From the human T2T-CHM13v2.0 reference genome, Homo sapiens, in the NCBI RefSeq assembly GCF_009914755.1, contig NC_060927.1: a stretch of DNA of 64,000 nucleotides; one strand, written 5' to 3'. The translations under genes and the position numbers were made by a program. The notes beneath the pieces are model-generated. The model did no database searches. It was not told where the DNA came from and saw nothing but the letters and a program-made list of their open reading frames with translations. Within the stretch, counting starts at the first letter, position 1. Each line of letters starts with the position of its first letter. Below are positions 29,117 to 43,290 of this stretch, piece by piece.

Positions 29117-29810
29117 ACTACAGTTTGTAACAGACATTCAGGTAGATGATAATTTCATCACGATTTGCCTGCCCACTGGAATCCAGGCTGCAGGAGGCAG
29201 GGCGCTGTCTGGTTCCCTGCTCTCTGCGGCGCCCAGCTCCAGCACAGCACTGGGAAGCACTCAGCTCAGATTTGCTACATAAAACCAACTGAGCGAGGCC
29301 ACCCTGGGCAAGGAGAGCCCATGCGTAAATCGGTTCCTGAGAAAAACCGATTTTGTACAGCAAATAGTGAAAACATCACCTAGCGGCCGATAGAGGACTA
29401 GGCTCCCCAGCTGCGAAGACAGGAGCTGCCTCTTTGTTATATAAATGAGACCCATTTGCTCCAAAGCCTGCTGGCACCAAACTCAAATTTTCCCACTCCC
29501 AGTTAGGCTTAAAGTAGCCCAAACAGGTACGTTTTTAGCCACTTAGGGCCCGCTGCTTTGCATACCCAGAGGAACCTCAACCAGCAGTTGTTGCCCATTG
29601 ATAAAACAGGGCCTTGGGGTGATAAGGTGAAAGCTGCTACTGCCCTTGGCAGCCCTCAGACCCAGAGGCTCCCACTGCATCACTGTGTGTTGTCACCTGG
29701 ACATGGAAGCCCACACGGCAGCCTTGGGACAGTCTCACTGCTCGTCTCCTGCAACCCTACCCAACCTGCAGCCCACTAAAGCTTGTGGTGTGCCATGCCT
29801 CCCCTGCTCA
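29117..29810 (+). mobile_element. ERV1-type solo LTR (family not assigned)
   Basis: LTR-like motifs ggcaccaaactcaaattt...gcccgctgctttgcatac...cccattgataaaacaggg...taaagcttgtgg. Confidence 0.55.
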
Positions 29811-31898
29811 CATCCTTCTCCTTCATCAGCCCCAATCCTTTGAATCCCCCACATTTCTAGATAATTCCACCTGTGTGTGACATGGCTGTGTCATCAATCC
29901 AGTTCCCAGGACACACTTTCTAAAGTATCCATCACCCGAGTGCACTATTCGGGAAGCTCTGAGAGGCTGCCTTGCAGGACTATTCTATTGTCAATTCAGT
30001 TAGGCTGCTGAATTCACACCCTGGCACCCATGCTCCCCAGAGCCCAGTCCCTGGGTGCCAGGGTAGCAGTGCAGGAGAAGTGAAGCTGCTGCCATCTCCC
30101 TCTGAAGGTCTGCAGGGCAGATGCAGGGGTGCCCAGCAGGCTCGGCCGGCCCTACTGAACACCAGCAGCCTGGACCACCGTCAGATTCTCAGCCGTGGAC
30201 CACAGTGGTATCTGGGCAGAGCCAGCAGCTCCCCCACGGTCTTTCCCAGGAGCTCCTCTTTGTGGCCCCACTTGGCAGCTGGATACGGCTGCTCCTACTC
30301 CCTGGAGGTTCTATCCTGTCTACCAGGAGTTCAGGGGACTGCCTAGGAACCTTGTCTAACTCTCCCTCTGGATCCTTCTTCCTAGCTTCCACAATTGTGT
30401 AATGTCTGATTCCTGCAGTGAATTTCGTGTTCCCTAACACCCACGGTGGTCCCGCCACCCTGACAGGGTGCTCTGCAGCCATTTATCTGGGAGCTCCTGA
30501 ACTGCCCCCTCCGGGACACCTAGACCCAGCCTCTGCTGTACTGAGCTGAGGCAGAACCAGTAATGGGCACTCCCAGGTCTTCACGGGGCCTGAGAGTTTG
30601 CATAGGACAGGAAGGGGTCCACTTACAGCTGCCCAGGGTGCCCCCCTCACTGTCATTATGGGTGAGTAGAATCTGTTATGATACAAGCCACCAGATGGCA
30701 GCAGAGGCCAAGGGAGGGACCCCACGCACGCTGTTGGTTGTGCGGTCCACCAAACGCGCACGCAGGGCCCAGGCCAGAGGTTCTCCCGCCACCTGTCGTG
30801 CTTGTTTCACAGCTCTTCCTGACCTCCAGGAACTCTAGGGACCACTTGGCGTGGCCAGTGCCTTTCTAGAATTGAGGGGCTTGCAAAGGGGACTGGAACC
30901 TATGAAAGGCTGGGCATGCCCGACCCCCACAGCCCTCCCTGCCCCAACCCTAATCTCCATTCGGTTTTGCAGACCATGCTCTTGCAACCCCTCTCTCTAG
31001 TTTCCTGCTGCTGGGCTGCCCCGGCTTTTCTGGCCTCTGGAGTATAACAGAAACAGAAGCCATTCTGACCGCAAGGCCAAGGCAGGGTCTCTCCTGCCAG
31101 GTGAGGAGCTTCGTTGGGACCACGCCATAACCTGGCTTCGCACCCCTAGACGTTCCCAGGACCCCAGCGAAAGAGCCAGGCCCCAAGACACCTGTGTTCT
31201 CGGCTCATCTGGCCACACCCTCTCTTCTCCCAGGAACATCACTCCACCTCTGTGAGGGTGACTGCTCCTTCCCGCCAGGCCCTGTGGTTCCAGGGGCACA
31301 GCACCTCTCTTCCAGGCCTTCCTCTCACTCTAAGGTCATAAGCTAAAGTCATCATAAGTCCTTGCCTAAGACGTCTGAACTGGAACTAAGGAGAGAAGGC
31401 CCCTTTCTCCCTGGCTTAAATTTTTTTTTTTTTTTTAATAGAAAATGTGAAACCTATAGATTCCAGTAGTCAGAGCCTGGCTGAGCAAGCAGAGACCAGG
31501 CCAGCCCTTCTCTGGCCCTTGCTGTCTTCTGCGTGCAGGAGCTAAGTCCCCTCCAGCCCAGGCTGGTGAGGGAAGTGCTTTGTCTGCCTGGGAGGCCCAG
31601 CCTGCGCCCACTTTGGAAGCATCCCTTGGCTTCCGCACCTCCTCACCTCCACCAGGCACCTCCCCTGAGCCCACTCTGCTGAAATGTCTCCTGTTTCTCA
31701 TATCCCTTCCTCTGAGAAGCCTTTTCTGAGCCTCAGGCAAGGAGCCCCAGCCTGGCCCATCTGATGGCCTCGGTCCCATAGCCTCCCCAGGACCCAGCTC
31801 CTCCTGGCAGGTAAAAGGGCCTCCACAGAAGTCCCCCCCGTGCCACTGCCCAGAAGCTGATGGTGGCAGTGGCTGGCAGGTACATGTTGGGCTCCCAC

Positions 31899-32026
31899 CT
31901 GTACATCAGCCGGCCCCGGTCCCGCGCACTGATCTTCCCCCACCGTCCATTCTCAAAGGCATCCTTGGCTGCGGCCACTGCCTTGTCGACGTCGGTGACT
32001 TGGGCCAGGGATACCTGGCAGATGAC
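31899..32026 (-). CDS. ALDH1L1: ALDH1L1 exon 12 ([10 protein letters not shown]...RGRLMY)
   Basis: ctatag|GTCATC ... ACAG|gtggga; 128 nt. Confidence 0.97.
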
Positions 32027-33127
32027 CTATAGTGGAAGCAGAGCCATGACAAGTTCTCCCTAAGCCAGTTGCACACAGATACCCCTGCCTGCTTCCCTGG
32101 CCTCCTCCTGGGGCCCCAGTGAGGCGGCCCCTGTCCACATGAGCAGGTGTGGAGGAGAAGCATGGCCAAAGGACAACCCTGGGAGGGTTTACACAGGAAG
32201 GGAAGACAGGGCCCTGGGAGAGGGCTGTTTGTGTGTCTACACCCCAAGGTCCCCACCCTGTTCCTGCCCTGAGTGTGCCATCCGTGCAGGCTCCCTCACC
32301 TTGGTGCCTGCTGGGTGTGGTGAGGGGAGCCGGTGGGGTGTGGTGAGGGCAGCCCAGGGAGGGCAAAGCCAGTGCCTCCTGTCTGCCGCCACAAGACAGC
32401 CATGCCCCTTCTGCCAAGGCCCCATCCTCAGCCCCTCCTGATGCTCCGTCCCAAGGGCACCGCACTGTCCTGTCTGTGTCCCTACCCCCTCCCTCTCCCT
32501 TTGCAGATGAGTCTTTCATTAACTCCTCTCAAATGACTCATTTTGAGTGTGCTCTCTGTCTTCTGCAAGGACTTGGCCAATTCTATAGGATGGACAGGAT
32601 AGAAAAATGTCAGTATGCAGCCATAAAAGCAAGCCCTGCTTTGAAACCTGTGTTTTGGATATGTTCACGTGTGTATCTACCATAGGCGTGCTTTGGCTCA
32701 TGATGCCACAAGGTCACAGTCAAGAAGGAGTGGCAAACACAGGACTCAGGTCGAAGAAGAATGTCCTAACGGTGGAGGGCTCAAGTAGTAGACAAGGTAG
32801 TCTCACACTGGGGCTACTGCTGAAGTGTGCAAGTGTGGCAGTGGCCTAATTTCTTCCTTGGGGTAGGAGGAACTCTGTTCCCAGTCTCTGAAGCAGGTGC
32901 AAGACCCTTCCGAGCCCTCCTGCCACCTGCCACCACCCTGCACCTCCTCTCCACTCCACTCCAGTAAGGTGGGCTGGAAACGACCTGGCATTCTTTCCCG
33001 TCCCTCTCAAAGGCACATGTCCAAGCAGAGACTCTCAGGGTCAGGACCCCCAGAGGCCAGTGGGGGCAGGGAAGGAAGGACAGGGAGGCTGGGGAATGTG
33101 GAGAAGGGGTGCTGGGCCTGCACTCAC

Positions 33128-33247
33128 ACTTCCATCGGTGGGATTGATGGTCTCAGAGGTCTTGGCGCCCTCGGCATCCACGAACTCCCCCCCAATGAAG
33201 AGCTGGTGGGGCATGCGGACAGTGCGCTTGTTCACTGCCATTTCCAC
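33128..33247 (-). CDS. ALDH1L1: ALDH1L1 exon 11 ([10 protein letters not shown]...INPTDGS), start of ALDH domain
   Basis: tttcag|GTGGAA ... AGT|gtgagt; 120 nt. Confidence 0.97.
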
Positions 33248-34176
33248 CTGAAAGAAAGGCCCCAGTGACAAGCACAAACCCATGCAGGGTGCAGGAAGCA
33301 TACACAGATGGCCACACAGTCACACACACACACTGCCCAGGGGCCTCCTGGGGCTTCAGAGCTGCATGTAGGCAACAGCTGAGCAGGGGAGAGACAAAGG
33401 ACAGGCTCTGAGGCCAGGCTGCCTGGCGGGAGCTCTGCGCTTCCACCTACTCCCTGTGCCACCTTGGGCTGGCTCCTCAGCCTCCTTAGGGTGGGCTAAG
33501 AGGACTCAGACAGAGGAAAATGCCAGTGGCTAGTGAAGCCCTTGGCAAGCCCCAGACATGCTACAACCCACCACTCACATCCCTGTGGATTGGCAATTCC
33601 TCCCTGAACCCAGGCACCTCTGGGATATGATCCTCCTCCTGAAATCTGTTCGTCAGTCATTTGTCCTCAATCCCAAGGACACCCTTAGGTCCACCTTGGC
33701 CCCTTACTTCACCCACTTTTGTTCCAATCTACCAGCCAAACAAACTATGCTAAAGCCCATTCTTATGGGAGGTGGCAGTCTACCAAGATAGCTCAAGGAA
33801 GATTTCTTAATTTCCTTAAAAAACAGATTTTCAATTACTTGTCACACTTCCATACACACAAGTTGAATGTATAGGATTATTTGTTTCCTTAGTGGGAACT
33901 AAAAGTCTCTTCTTAATATCTTGATCACCTGCCTTGGGACTCAGAGTTTGGCCCATGTCCTGAGCATCAGACAGCAACATCCTCTGGCAAGCTGGCCCCA
34001 CTGTACTGACATCCCCAGGCTATCCCGGGTGCAGGGAGAGTGTGGGAAACTGAAGGGTGGGCTCCTGGGGCCCTGGCTTTCTGAATGTCCAGGTTTCCCC
34101 TCTTGTCTTATGTAGTCATAGATGCAGCTGCCTGAGGGCTCTGCAGGGCCTGCTGCAGGGAGGGCCCAGCACTCAC

Positions 34177-34324
34177 GTAGTCAATGCTGCACTCGCCCTC
34201 CTCATCGTCCCCTCGCAGCTTCCTCACTAACAGCTGGATGAAGTCCCCAAAGGTGGATGCCATGTACACATCTTCATTTTCTAACTCCAGGCCATCACAC
34301 AGCTCCTTCACTTCCTCCACCAGC
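34177..34324 (-). CDS. ALDH1L1: ALDH1L1 exon 10 ([10 protein letters not shown]...ECSIDY)
   Basis: ctccag|GCTG ... TAC|gtgagt; 148 nt. Confidence 0.97.
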
Positions 34325-37300
34325 CTGGAGGAAGGAGATGGAAAGATGGGGACACGGGAGGGGCTCAGCAGGCCTGCATCGCTAGCAGCAGTGGCAGTGG
34401 GGCCAAACACCCCAGAGAGGCTCCATCCCAGCACCGAGAGGTAGCCATGAGCCCAGAACTGGGGAGAAGGGCTCAGGCTGTGGACTCAGATGGTCCCGGG
34501 TCCAAATTCTCGCTCCATTACTTTCTAATTTGTGACCTTGGGCAAATGACTAACTCCTCTAAGCCTTAATTTCTTCACCTGTAAAACAGAAATAATAATA
34601 GCTGCTCTGCTATTTTGCGATGAGTAAATACGACAACCCATCTAATAATAATAATAATTAGCAGATTAATAATAATCTCCAAAAATCTCTGTTAAAAGAA
34701 TGAAAACATAAGCCACAGATTGGAAGAAAATGTTTCCAAATCACATTATCTGATAAAGGACTTGTATTCAGAATAAAGAACCCTCAAAACTCAATACTAA
34801 GAAAGCAAACAACCTAATTAAAAATGAGCAAAAGATTGAACAGATGCCTCTCAAAAGGAGAAATATGGACGGCAAATAAGAATATGACAAGACACTCAAC
34901 ATCATTAGGCACTGGGGAAATGCAAATTAAAACCACAATGGAATATAGCTTCATATTTATTAGAATGTCTAAAATTTAAAAGCCTGACCATTCCCACTAT
35001 TGGGAAAGATGTAGTACCCTGAGCAACTGGAGCTTGCACACACTGCTGGCAGGGATGTAAATGGTGCTACCACTTTGGAAAGCAGTTTAGCACTTTCTAA
35101 AGAATTAAACATACTTCCTATTTCACTCTCAAGTATTTATCCAAAAGAAATAAAGGCCAATGTCTAGACAGCAGATGGCAGAACAAGAAGCTCCAAAAAT
35201 GTATCCCCTTATCTAAATAACTATGGAACTTACATGAATCAAATATGTTGGAACTTTGGGGTCTAGTCAAATGCTTTCAGCACCAAGGAGAAAGACTGGT
35301 AAAGAAGCTGGTAAATGTCAATCAATTTAAATGATTTTCAGCCTCTCATAAGATATTGGCTGTCACCCCCCACCTCCCACCTCTGCCACAAAAAGTTGAA
35401 GCAGGGCTGGGTCATATTCCAGACGCAGCTTGCTGAAGCCAGGGTGGGCAATAAGGACCTTGTCCTCTGACCACCAGCATTGTGTCCTGAGCACTGATAT
35501 TCCTTTTGATTGCTGAGAAGCTATCACAAAGGCTGGCAGTCATTGTTTCAACCCTCACAGGCTGAAGTAGCTTCTAGGAGATTTTAAAAGGCAATACTTT
35601 CCCTCCACTTTGGTAGCCAGACATTTATGGAAATCTTTGTTAGGTCACTGGCTGACTGCAGGAACAATGGAACAGAAAGTTCAACGACAACACACAATAA
35701 GGAACACACCTTGCAAAAAATAATTTGGAAAAGTCACAAACAGACAGTTCTAGCCCTCAACAAGGAAGATTCAATAATCCCTAATAAGTGGGAGAAATAT
35801 ATTTCCCGAATTACCACAACATAACACCCAAAATGTCCAGTTATGACCAAGAAAGATCTACAAAACATATGAAGAAATAGGAAAGAAGAGCCCATTCACA
35901 GGAACAAAAAATAATTTGAAGAAGGTACCCCTGAGGAAGATCAGATATCGGAATTATTGGTCAAAGACATTATGTCAAATGCCTTAAATATGTTCAATGA
36001 GACAAAGGAAATTATGGACAAAAAACTAAAGGAAATCAAGAAAGTGATGTATGAACAAAATGAGAATATCGAAGTGACAGAAACTATAATAACAAGTCAA
36101 ATAGAAATTCTTGAGCTGGCAAGTAGAATAACTGAAACAAACAAAAAACTCACTAAAGAGGTTCAACAGTAGTTTTGAGCAGGCTGAAGGAAAGATGAGC
36201 AAACTTGAAATTATCCAGTCTGAGAAGCAGAAAGAAAAAAGAATGAAGAAAAATGAAAAGAGCCTGAAGGATTTATAGGATACCATGAAACACACCAACA
36301 TACTCACAGGAGCTCCAGAGGAAAAAAGAGAAAAAGGTTTCTCTAAATATGTATTTGAAGAAATAGTGGCCCCAAAGTTCCCAAACATGAGGAAAGAAAT
36401 GAATATACACATCTAAGACATACAATGAATGAAGTCCAAGCAGGATCAAAGAGATCCACACCAAGGCACATTACACCCAGCTTGTTGAAATTCAGAGACA
36501 AATAAATAATTTGGAGAGTAGCAAGAGAGAAATGGCTTGTTATATACAATGGGTCTTTGATAAGATTAAAAGCTGACTTCCACTAAAACACCTTAAAGGC
36601 CAGAAAGCAGTTGGATAACATATTAAAAGTTTTGGGGAAAAATGGCAACAACGAATTCCATATCCATCAAAACTATCTTTCAAGAATGAAACAGAAATTA
36701 AGATATTTCTATAGAAACAAAAGCTGAAGAAATTGGTTACCAGTAGACCTGCCCTAGAAGAAATGCTGAAAAGAGTCTTTCAGGCTGAGATAAAAGTACC
36801 ATAGACTTGATGACACAATTAAAAATAAAGAACACAGGTAAAGGCCACTACATAGGTAAGTATGAAAGTCCATATTATTGTATTTTATTGTGGTTTGTAA
36901 CTTCTCTCTTTTTCCTATATGACAATAGGCAAGTGCATAAAACAATAATTTTAAATATATATTAATGGGTATACAATGTATAAAAATGTACACTGTGACA
37001 GTAACACTATAAAGGGGAAGGAAAAGAGATGTATAGAATGAGAGTGTTTGTATACTATTGAAGCTAGGTTGATATTATTCAAACTACCTTGTTATAAATT
37101 TAAGATGTTAATTGTAATCCCTAAGTAACAACCCAGAAATAACTAAAAACATACAGTAAAAGAAAGAAGGGAATCAAAGTGATACACTACAAAAAAAATT
37201 ACCAAATACAAAAAAGGACAGTATAGAGAAACTGAGGAACAAAAAAATAAGACATTCAGAAAACAAATGGCAGAAATAAATCTTTATTTATTAGTAACCA

Positions 37301-39185
37301 AGTTAAATGTAAATGGATTAAACTCTCCTGTTTAATCTATTTAAAGTTTAAACATGAGAAGGCACAAATTGGATGACTGGATAAAACCCAGCATCCATAC
37401 ATATGCTACAAGAGAATCACTTAGATATAATGATACAAAAGAGCTGGAAGTAAAAGGATAGAGAAAATATTCCATGCAAATAGTAACATAAAAGAGACTT
37501 TAAATCTAACAAGTTTACAAGACACAAAGAAGGACATTATATTGATACAAAGTTTGATGCTGCAAGAGGATATAACAATTATAAATTCATACACACCTAA
37601 CACAGCCCTAAAATATATGAAGCAAAAATGGACATTTCTACAATAGTAGTTAGCTACTTAGATGCCCAACTTTCAAAAATGGATAGAACTCAAGAGAATA
37701 AGATACTTGAACACCACAAACCAATCAGATATGTACAAAACACTGCTCAAGAAGAACAGAGCACACATTCTTTTCAAGGTTACATGGAACATTCTTCATG
37801 ATAAATCATTTGTTAGGCTACACAATAAGTCTTAACACATGTAAAAATATTGAACTCTTACAAAATATCTTTCCTAATCAAAATGGAATGAGACTAGAAA
37901 TCGATAACAGAAAGAAATCTGGAAAATCCATAAAGATATGAAAATGAGCTAGCACACTCTTAAACAATTAATGGGTCAAAGAAGAACACACGAGAAACTA
38001 GAAAATACCTTTAGTCAAAGGAAAATAAAAACACAACATACCAAAACTTATGAGAGGCGGGGAAAGTAGTGCTAAGAAAGAAGTTTACAGGTGTAAATAC
38101 ATACTTAGAAAAGAATAAAGTCCTCAAATCAGTAACCTACACTGTACACCTTAAGGAATGAGATTAAAAAGCAATCTAAACCCAAAACTAGCAGAAGGAA
38201 GTAATAATAAAGATTAGAACAGAGATAAATGAAATAGAGACCAGAAAAAAAAACAGCAAATCAACAAAATCAAATTTAGATTTCTTGAAAATATCAACAA
38301 AATTAACAAACCTTTATCTGACTGACCAAGAAACAAAAAGTGAAGGCTCAAATTACTAGAATCAGAAATCAAAGGGAGACATTATACCAATCTTACAGAA
38401 ATAAAAAGCATCATAAGAAAATACATGATAAATTATATGGCAACAGATTTGATAACTAGGTAAAGTGAACAAATTCCCAGAAACACACAATCTACCAAAA
38501 CTCACTCATGGAGAAACAGAAAATTTGAATAGATATATAACTAGTAAGGAAACTGAATCAGTAATCAAAATCTTTCCAGTAAAGAAAAGCCCAGGGCTGA
38601 ATGATTTCACTGGTGAATTCTACCAAACATTTGAAGGGAAAGTAACACCAATTTTTCTCAAACTCTTCCAAAAAACTGAGAAGAGAACACATCTTCAACT
38701 CTGTCCATAAGGCCAGCGTTTACTCTGAGACCAAAGCCAGACAAAGATACTACAGCAAAAGAAAGCTACAGACCAATATCCCTTATGGAAACTGATGCAA
38801 AAATCCTCAACAAAATACTAGCAAATTGATTTCAGCAGCATTTTAAGAATATTACATACCATGACCAAGTGGGATTAATTCTTGGAATGCAAGGATACTT
38901 CACCTATGAAAATCAATCAGTGTAACATACCACATTAATGGAATGAAGAGAAAAACACATGGTCATCTCATTTAATGCAGAAAAAGAATTTGACAAAATT
39001 CAATATCCTTTCATGATTAAAAAGCACTCAAACTAAGAATAGAAGGGAACATCCTTTATATAATAAAGGCCATATTTGAAAAATCCACAGCTAACATACT
39101 CAGTGGTGAAAGACTGAAAGCCTTTCCCCTGAGATCAGCAGCAAAATGAGGATGCTTGCTTTCACCACTTCCATTCAATACACTA

Positions 39186-39916
39186 TAGTAGTTCCTCCTT
39201 ACCCACGGGCAGGGTCGGGGGTTGGGGTTGTTCCAAGGCTCCCAGTGAGTGCCTGAAACCACATATAGGGCTGAACCTTACACTGTGCTCCTTGACTTAT
39301 GATATGATTACATCCCAAAAACCCATTATAAATTGAAAATGTTAAATCATGAATGCATTTAATATACCTAACATACTGAACATCAGCGCTTAGCCTAGGC
39401 TACCTTAAATGTTCTCAGAACATTTACATTAACCTACAGTTGGGAAACTCATCTAACACAAAGCCTATTTTATACTAAAGTTTTGAGTATCTCATACAAT
39501 TTATTGAACACTGTACTGAATGTGAAAAACAGAATTTTGTAAGGGTACACAAAGCATAATTTCTACTGAATTCGTATCATGTTCACACCATCATAAAGTC
39601 AAAAAATCCTAAGTTGAAGCATCATAAGTCTGGGACCATCTATATATTCTATGTTTTTTCTGATAACACCAGTGGCTACTAAGTGACTAATGGGTGGGCA
39701 GTGCATACACCATGGATATCCTGGACAAAGGGGTGATCCACGTATCAGGTGGGATGGAGCGGGACAGCATGAGATTTCATCATTCTATCAAATGGCTCTC
39801 AATTTAAAAACGTATGAATTATTTCTGGACTTTTCCACTTAATATTTTCCAACCATGATTGACCATGGGTAACTTAAACTTCAGAAAGCAAAACCACAAA
39901 TAAGGGGAGACTACTG
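39186..39916. mobile_element. Tigger-family MITE (MER44-like) containing a second Tigger-family MITE (MER47-like, 39281-39642)
   Basis: Outer terminal inverted repeats tagtagttcctcctta / taaggggagactactg with TA on both sides; inner element is also TA-flanked. Confidence 0.8.
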
Positions 39917-40036
39917 TACTGGAAGTTCCATCCAAGGCAATTAGGCAAGAAAGAAACATTAATCCAAATTGTGAAGGAAGAAGTTAAATCATATCTCATC
40001 ACAGATAACATGATCTTACATGTAGAAATCTTTAAA

Positions 40037-40322
40037 TGGGCCAAGTGTAACGCCTCACCCTGTAATTCAAGCACTGTGGGAGGATCACTTGAGCCTAGGA
40101 GTTCAAAATCAGCCCGGGCAACATAGCAAGACTTTGTCTGTAAAAAAAATTGTTTTAAGTTAGCTAGGTGTAGTGGTGCATGCCTGCAGTCCTGCTACTC
40201 AGGAGGCTGAGGCAGGAGGATCACTTGAGCCCAAGAATTTGAGGCTGCATTGGGCTATGATCAAACCACTGTTCCAGCCTAAGTGACAGAGCAAGACCAT
40301 GTCTAAAAAACAGAAAAAGAAA
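40037..40322 (+). mobile_element. Alu (AluJ-like) inside the L1
   Basis: Diverged Alu consensus; flanked by agaaatctttaaat / agaaaactttaaat. Confidence 0.9.
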
Positions 40323-42459
40323 ACTTTAAATATTCTGCACCTCCAAAAAACTGTTAGAGCTAATAAAGGAATTCAGCAAAATTGCAGGATACAAAAATAA
40401 CATGCAAAAAAACAGTTGCAACTCCATAAATTAGCAATGAACAATCCAAAAAGGAAATTAATAAAACAATTCCCTTTACAATGGCATCAAAAGAATAAAA
40501 TAAGAATAAATTTAACCAAGTAGCCAACAGAGTTGTACAATGAAAACTACAAAACACTGCTGAAAAAAATTACAGAAGATCTAAATAAATAGAAAGCCAT
40601 CTGTGTTCATGGACTGGAGAAGTTAATATTGTTAAGATGACAATACTGCCCAAAGTTATGTACAATTTTTATGCCAACTCTATTAAAATCCCAAGTGATT
40701 TTTTGCAGAAATTACAAAAATCATCTTAAAATCATATGGACTATCAAGGGACTGTGAATAGTTCAAACAATCCTGAAAAAGAACAAAGTTAGAGGACTCA
40801 CATTTCCTGATTTCAAAATTTACTACAAAACTACAATAATCAAAATAGTATGATACTGGCATAAACACAGATATATAGACCAATGAACAAGATAGCCTAG
40901 AAATAAACCTAAACATATATGGCCAACTAATCTTCAACAAGGGTGCCAAGAATACATAATGGGGAAGCGATAGTCCCTTCAACAAGTGATGTTGGAAAGA
41001 TTGGATGTCCACATGCAAAATAATTAAATCGGATCCTTATCTTGCCCCACACATAAAAATATTCAACTCAAAATATATGAAAAACTTAAGACTTAAAACT
41101 ATAAAACTAGAAGAAAGCATAGGGGAAAGTCTCCATGACATTGGTCTTTGCAATCATTTCCTGAATATCACACCAAAAGAACTGGAAACAAAAGCAAAAA
41201 TATACAAGTCATATGCATCAAAGTAAAAAGCTTCTGCAAAGCAAAGGAAACAATCAGCATGGAATGCGAGAAAACTTCTGCAAACCATGTATCTGATAAG
41301 AGGTTAATTCCTAAAACATATAAGGAGTTCCTACAACTCAATAGCAAACAAAACAAATAATCCAATTTAAAAATGGGCAAAGACTTGAATAGACATTTCT
41401 CCAAAGAAGACATACACATGACCAACAGGTATATGAAAAGATGCTCAACATCACTAATCATCAGGAAAATGAAAATAAAAACTACAATGAGATACCATCT
41501 CATCACTGTTGGGATGGTTATTGTTCAAAAGGAAAGAAGAAAAGGGGAGAGGAAGGAAGATAGGAATGAAAGTAAGCATTGGCAAAGATATGGGAAAAAT
41601 GGAACCTTTGTGCACTGTTGGTGGGAATGTAAAATGGTGCAGCCTCTGTGGAGAATGATATGGAGGTTCCTGAAAAAATTAAAAGAAGAACTATCATATG
41701 ACCCAGTAATCTCACTGCTGGGTATTTGTCCAAAAGAACTGATCTCAAATTCCCATGCACTTCCACATTGATTCACAACAGCCAAGATGTGGAAACAACA
41801 CAAATGTCCATCAACAGATGAGCAGATAATATGGTCTATCTGTACAATGAAATAGGATTCAGCCATAAAAAGAAGGCAGTCCTGCCATGTGCTACAAAAG
41901 GGCTGAATTTTGAGGACATCATGCTAAGCGTAAAAAGCCAGTCACAGAAGGACAAATGCTGCATGATTCCACTTGTATGAAGTACTAGAGTGGCCAAGCT
42001 CATCAGAGCAAAAAGAATGGCTGTTGCTGGGGCTAGGGAGAAGGAAATGGGGAGTGGCTGTTCAACGGACAGAAAGGTTTAGTTGTGCGAGAAAAAGTTC
42101 TAAAGATCTGCTGACCAACACTGTGCTCATAGTTAACAATCCTACAATATACAGCTATAATTTTAAGAAGGTAGATGTTGTATTATGTGTTTTTTTGCCA
42201 CATTTTTTTTAAAAGGACATATACTCTTAACTATTTACAGAAAAGCAGTTTTGCTTTCTTTGCATCCTCAGCTCGGTAGCTGTACACAAGGCATGGCCTG
42301 GCCTCTGGACACCATTCTCTCAGGTGTCTGGCATTCTTCTTCTTGGCATATTTTTTACAAAACAATTATTACAAACTGCATACTGCCTCACAGTGAGTTA
42401 CTAGAGGTCCACAGTGCCAAGCACATAGGCCCAACTCAGCCCACTCAGCCCCAACTCAT

Positions 42460-42890
42460 ATGCATGGTCAATTGCAAAACTGGTCACAATGCCCACCCCT
42501 GCAGTCACAGCCTTGGCCATGTGAAGGTGCAGCACCTGCTAGCAAGATGTGGAGTTTCTTTCCCCAACCCTGGAAGCTGGACCTGTTCTGTGACTCATTT
42601 TGGCCAACAGAATGCAATGAACACAACGTGCTCACTCTGAGACCCCCTCCCTGGGCTCCCGCTCTCCCTCCTGGAACCCACCACCACCACAGGACCAGCC
42701 AGCCCCCAGCTGACCTGGCAGATCCCGCCCTTATGTGAGCCCAGCTGACAGCAGCTGAATCTGATGCAAATCAGCTGAGCCCAGCACAAACTGTCGAACC
42801 ATAGTACTGTGAGCTAAGGATATGGTGTTGGTTTAAATCTCAATGTTTTGGGGTGCTTTGTTGCACAGCACAAATGGTTGGCACAATACA
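42460..42890 (+). mobile_element. MaLR LTR (MLT1-like)
   Basis: tgtgactcattttggccaacagaatg...cagctgagcccagcacaaact...tttggggtgctttgttgcacagca. Confidence 0.7.
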
Positions 42891-43198
42891 TAACCCTAAT
42901 TCTCCCTATGAACTCAGTACTGTTCTTCTGAATCAACTCCTCCCAAATTCCCTCCTAGAACTTCCCCAGAGAGGCTGCATGCAACTACGCCCCCTTAACA
43001 TTTGCATAAAGACCTGCAACCATTCATTTGTGCTGCCCACCATGTGTGCACGCAGACCTGCACACTGGCCCTTCCTGGGTCCCTGGCCCACATGATCCAT
43101 GAGTGTAACAAATGGTTGTTTCCTGCTGCTCAGTTTTGCAGAGATTTGTGACACAGCACCAAGTACCTGGGACAGGACCCCTCCACTCCTGGCCTTAC

Positions 43199-43290
43199 CT
43201 CACAACGTCCACAGACGCGGCCCCTGACTTGAAGAAATCAGTGGAGTCTTCAACCTCCAGGACTTTGGGGAGGATCCGCTGCCAAACACT
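43199..43290 (-). CDS. ALDH1L1: ALDH1L1 exon 9 ([10 protein letters not shown]...[13 protein letters not shown]), phosphopantetheine acceptor Ser354
   Basis: ttgcag|AGTGTT ... TGAG|gtaagg; 92 nt; carrier-protein FFxxGxxS motif. Confidence 0.97.

Larger units (their letters stand above)
34680..42214 (+). mobile_element. Near full-length old L1M element (~35165-42214) preceded by an older L1 3' fragment; antisense to ALDH1L1, fills intron 9
   Basis: Degenerate ORF1-like (35957-36790) and ORF2-like peptides (KKSPGLNDFTGEFYQTF; [13 protein letters not shown]; HCWWECKMVQPLW) with many stops and frameshifts. Confidence 0.9.

Noticed and set aside
35957-41771. L1 ORF1/ORF2-like peptides suggesting an active reverse transcriptase
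   Set aside because: Broken by many stops, frameshifts and nested insertions; a fossil element
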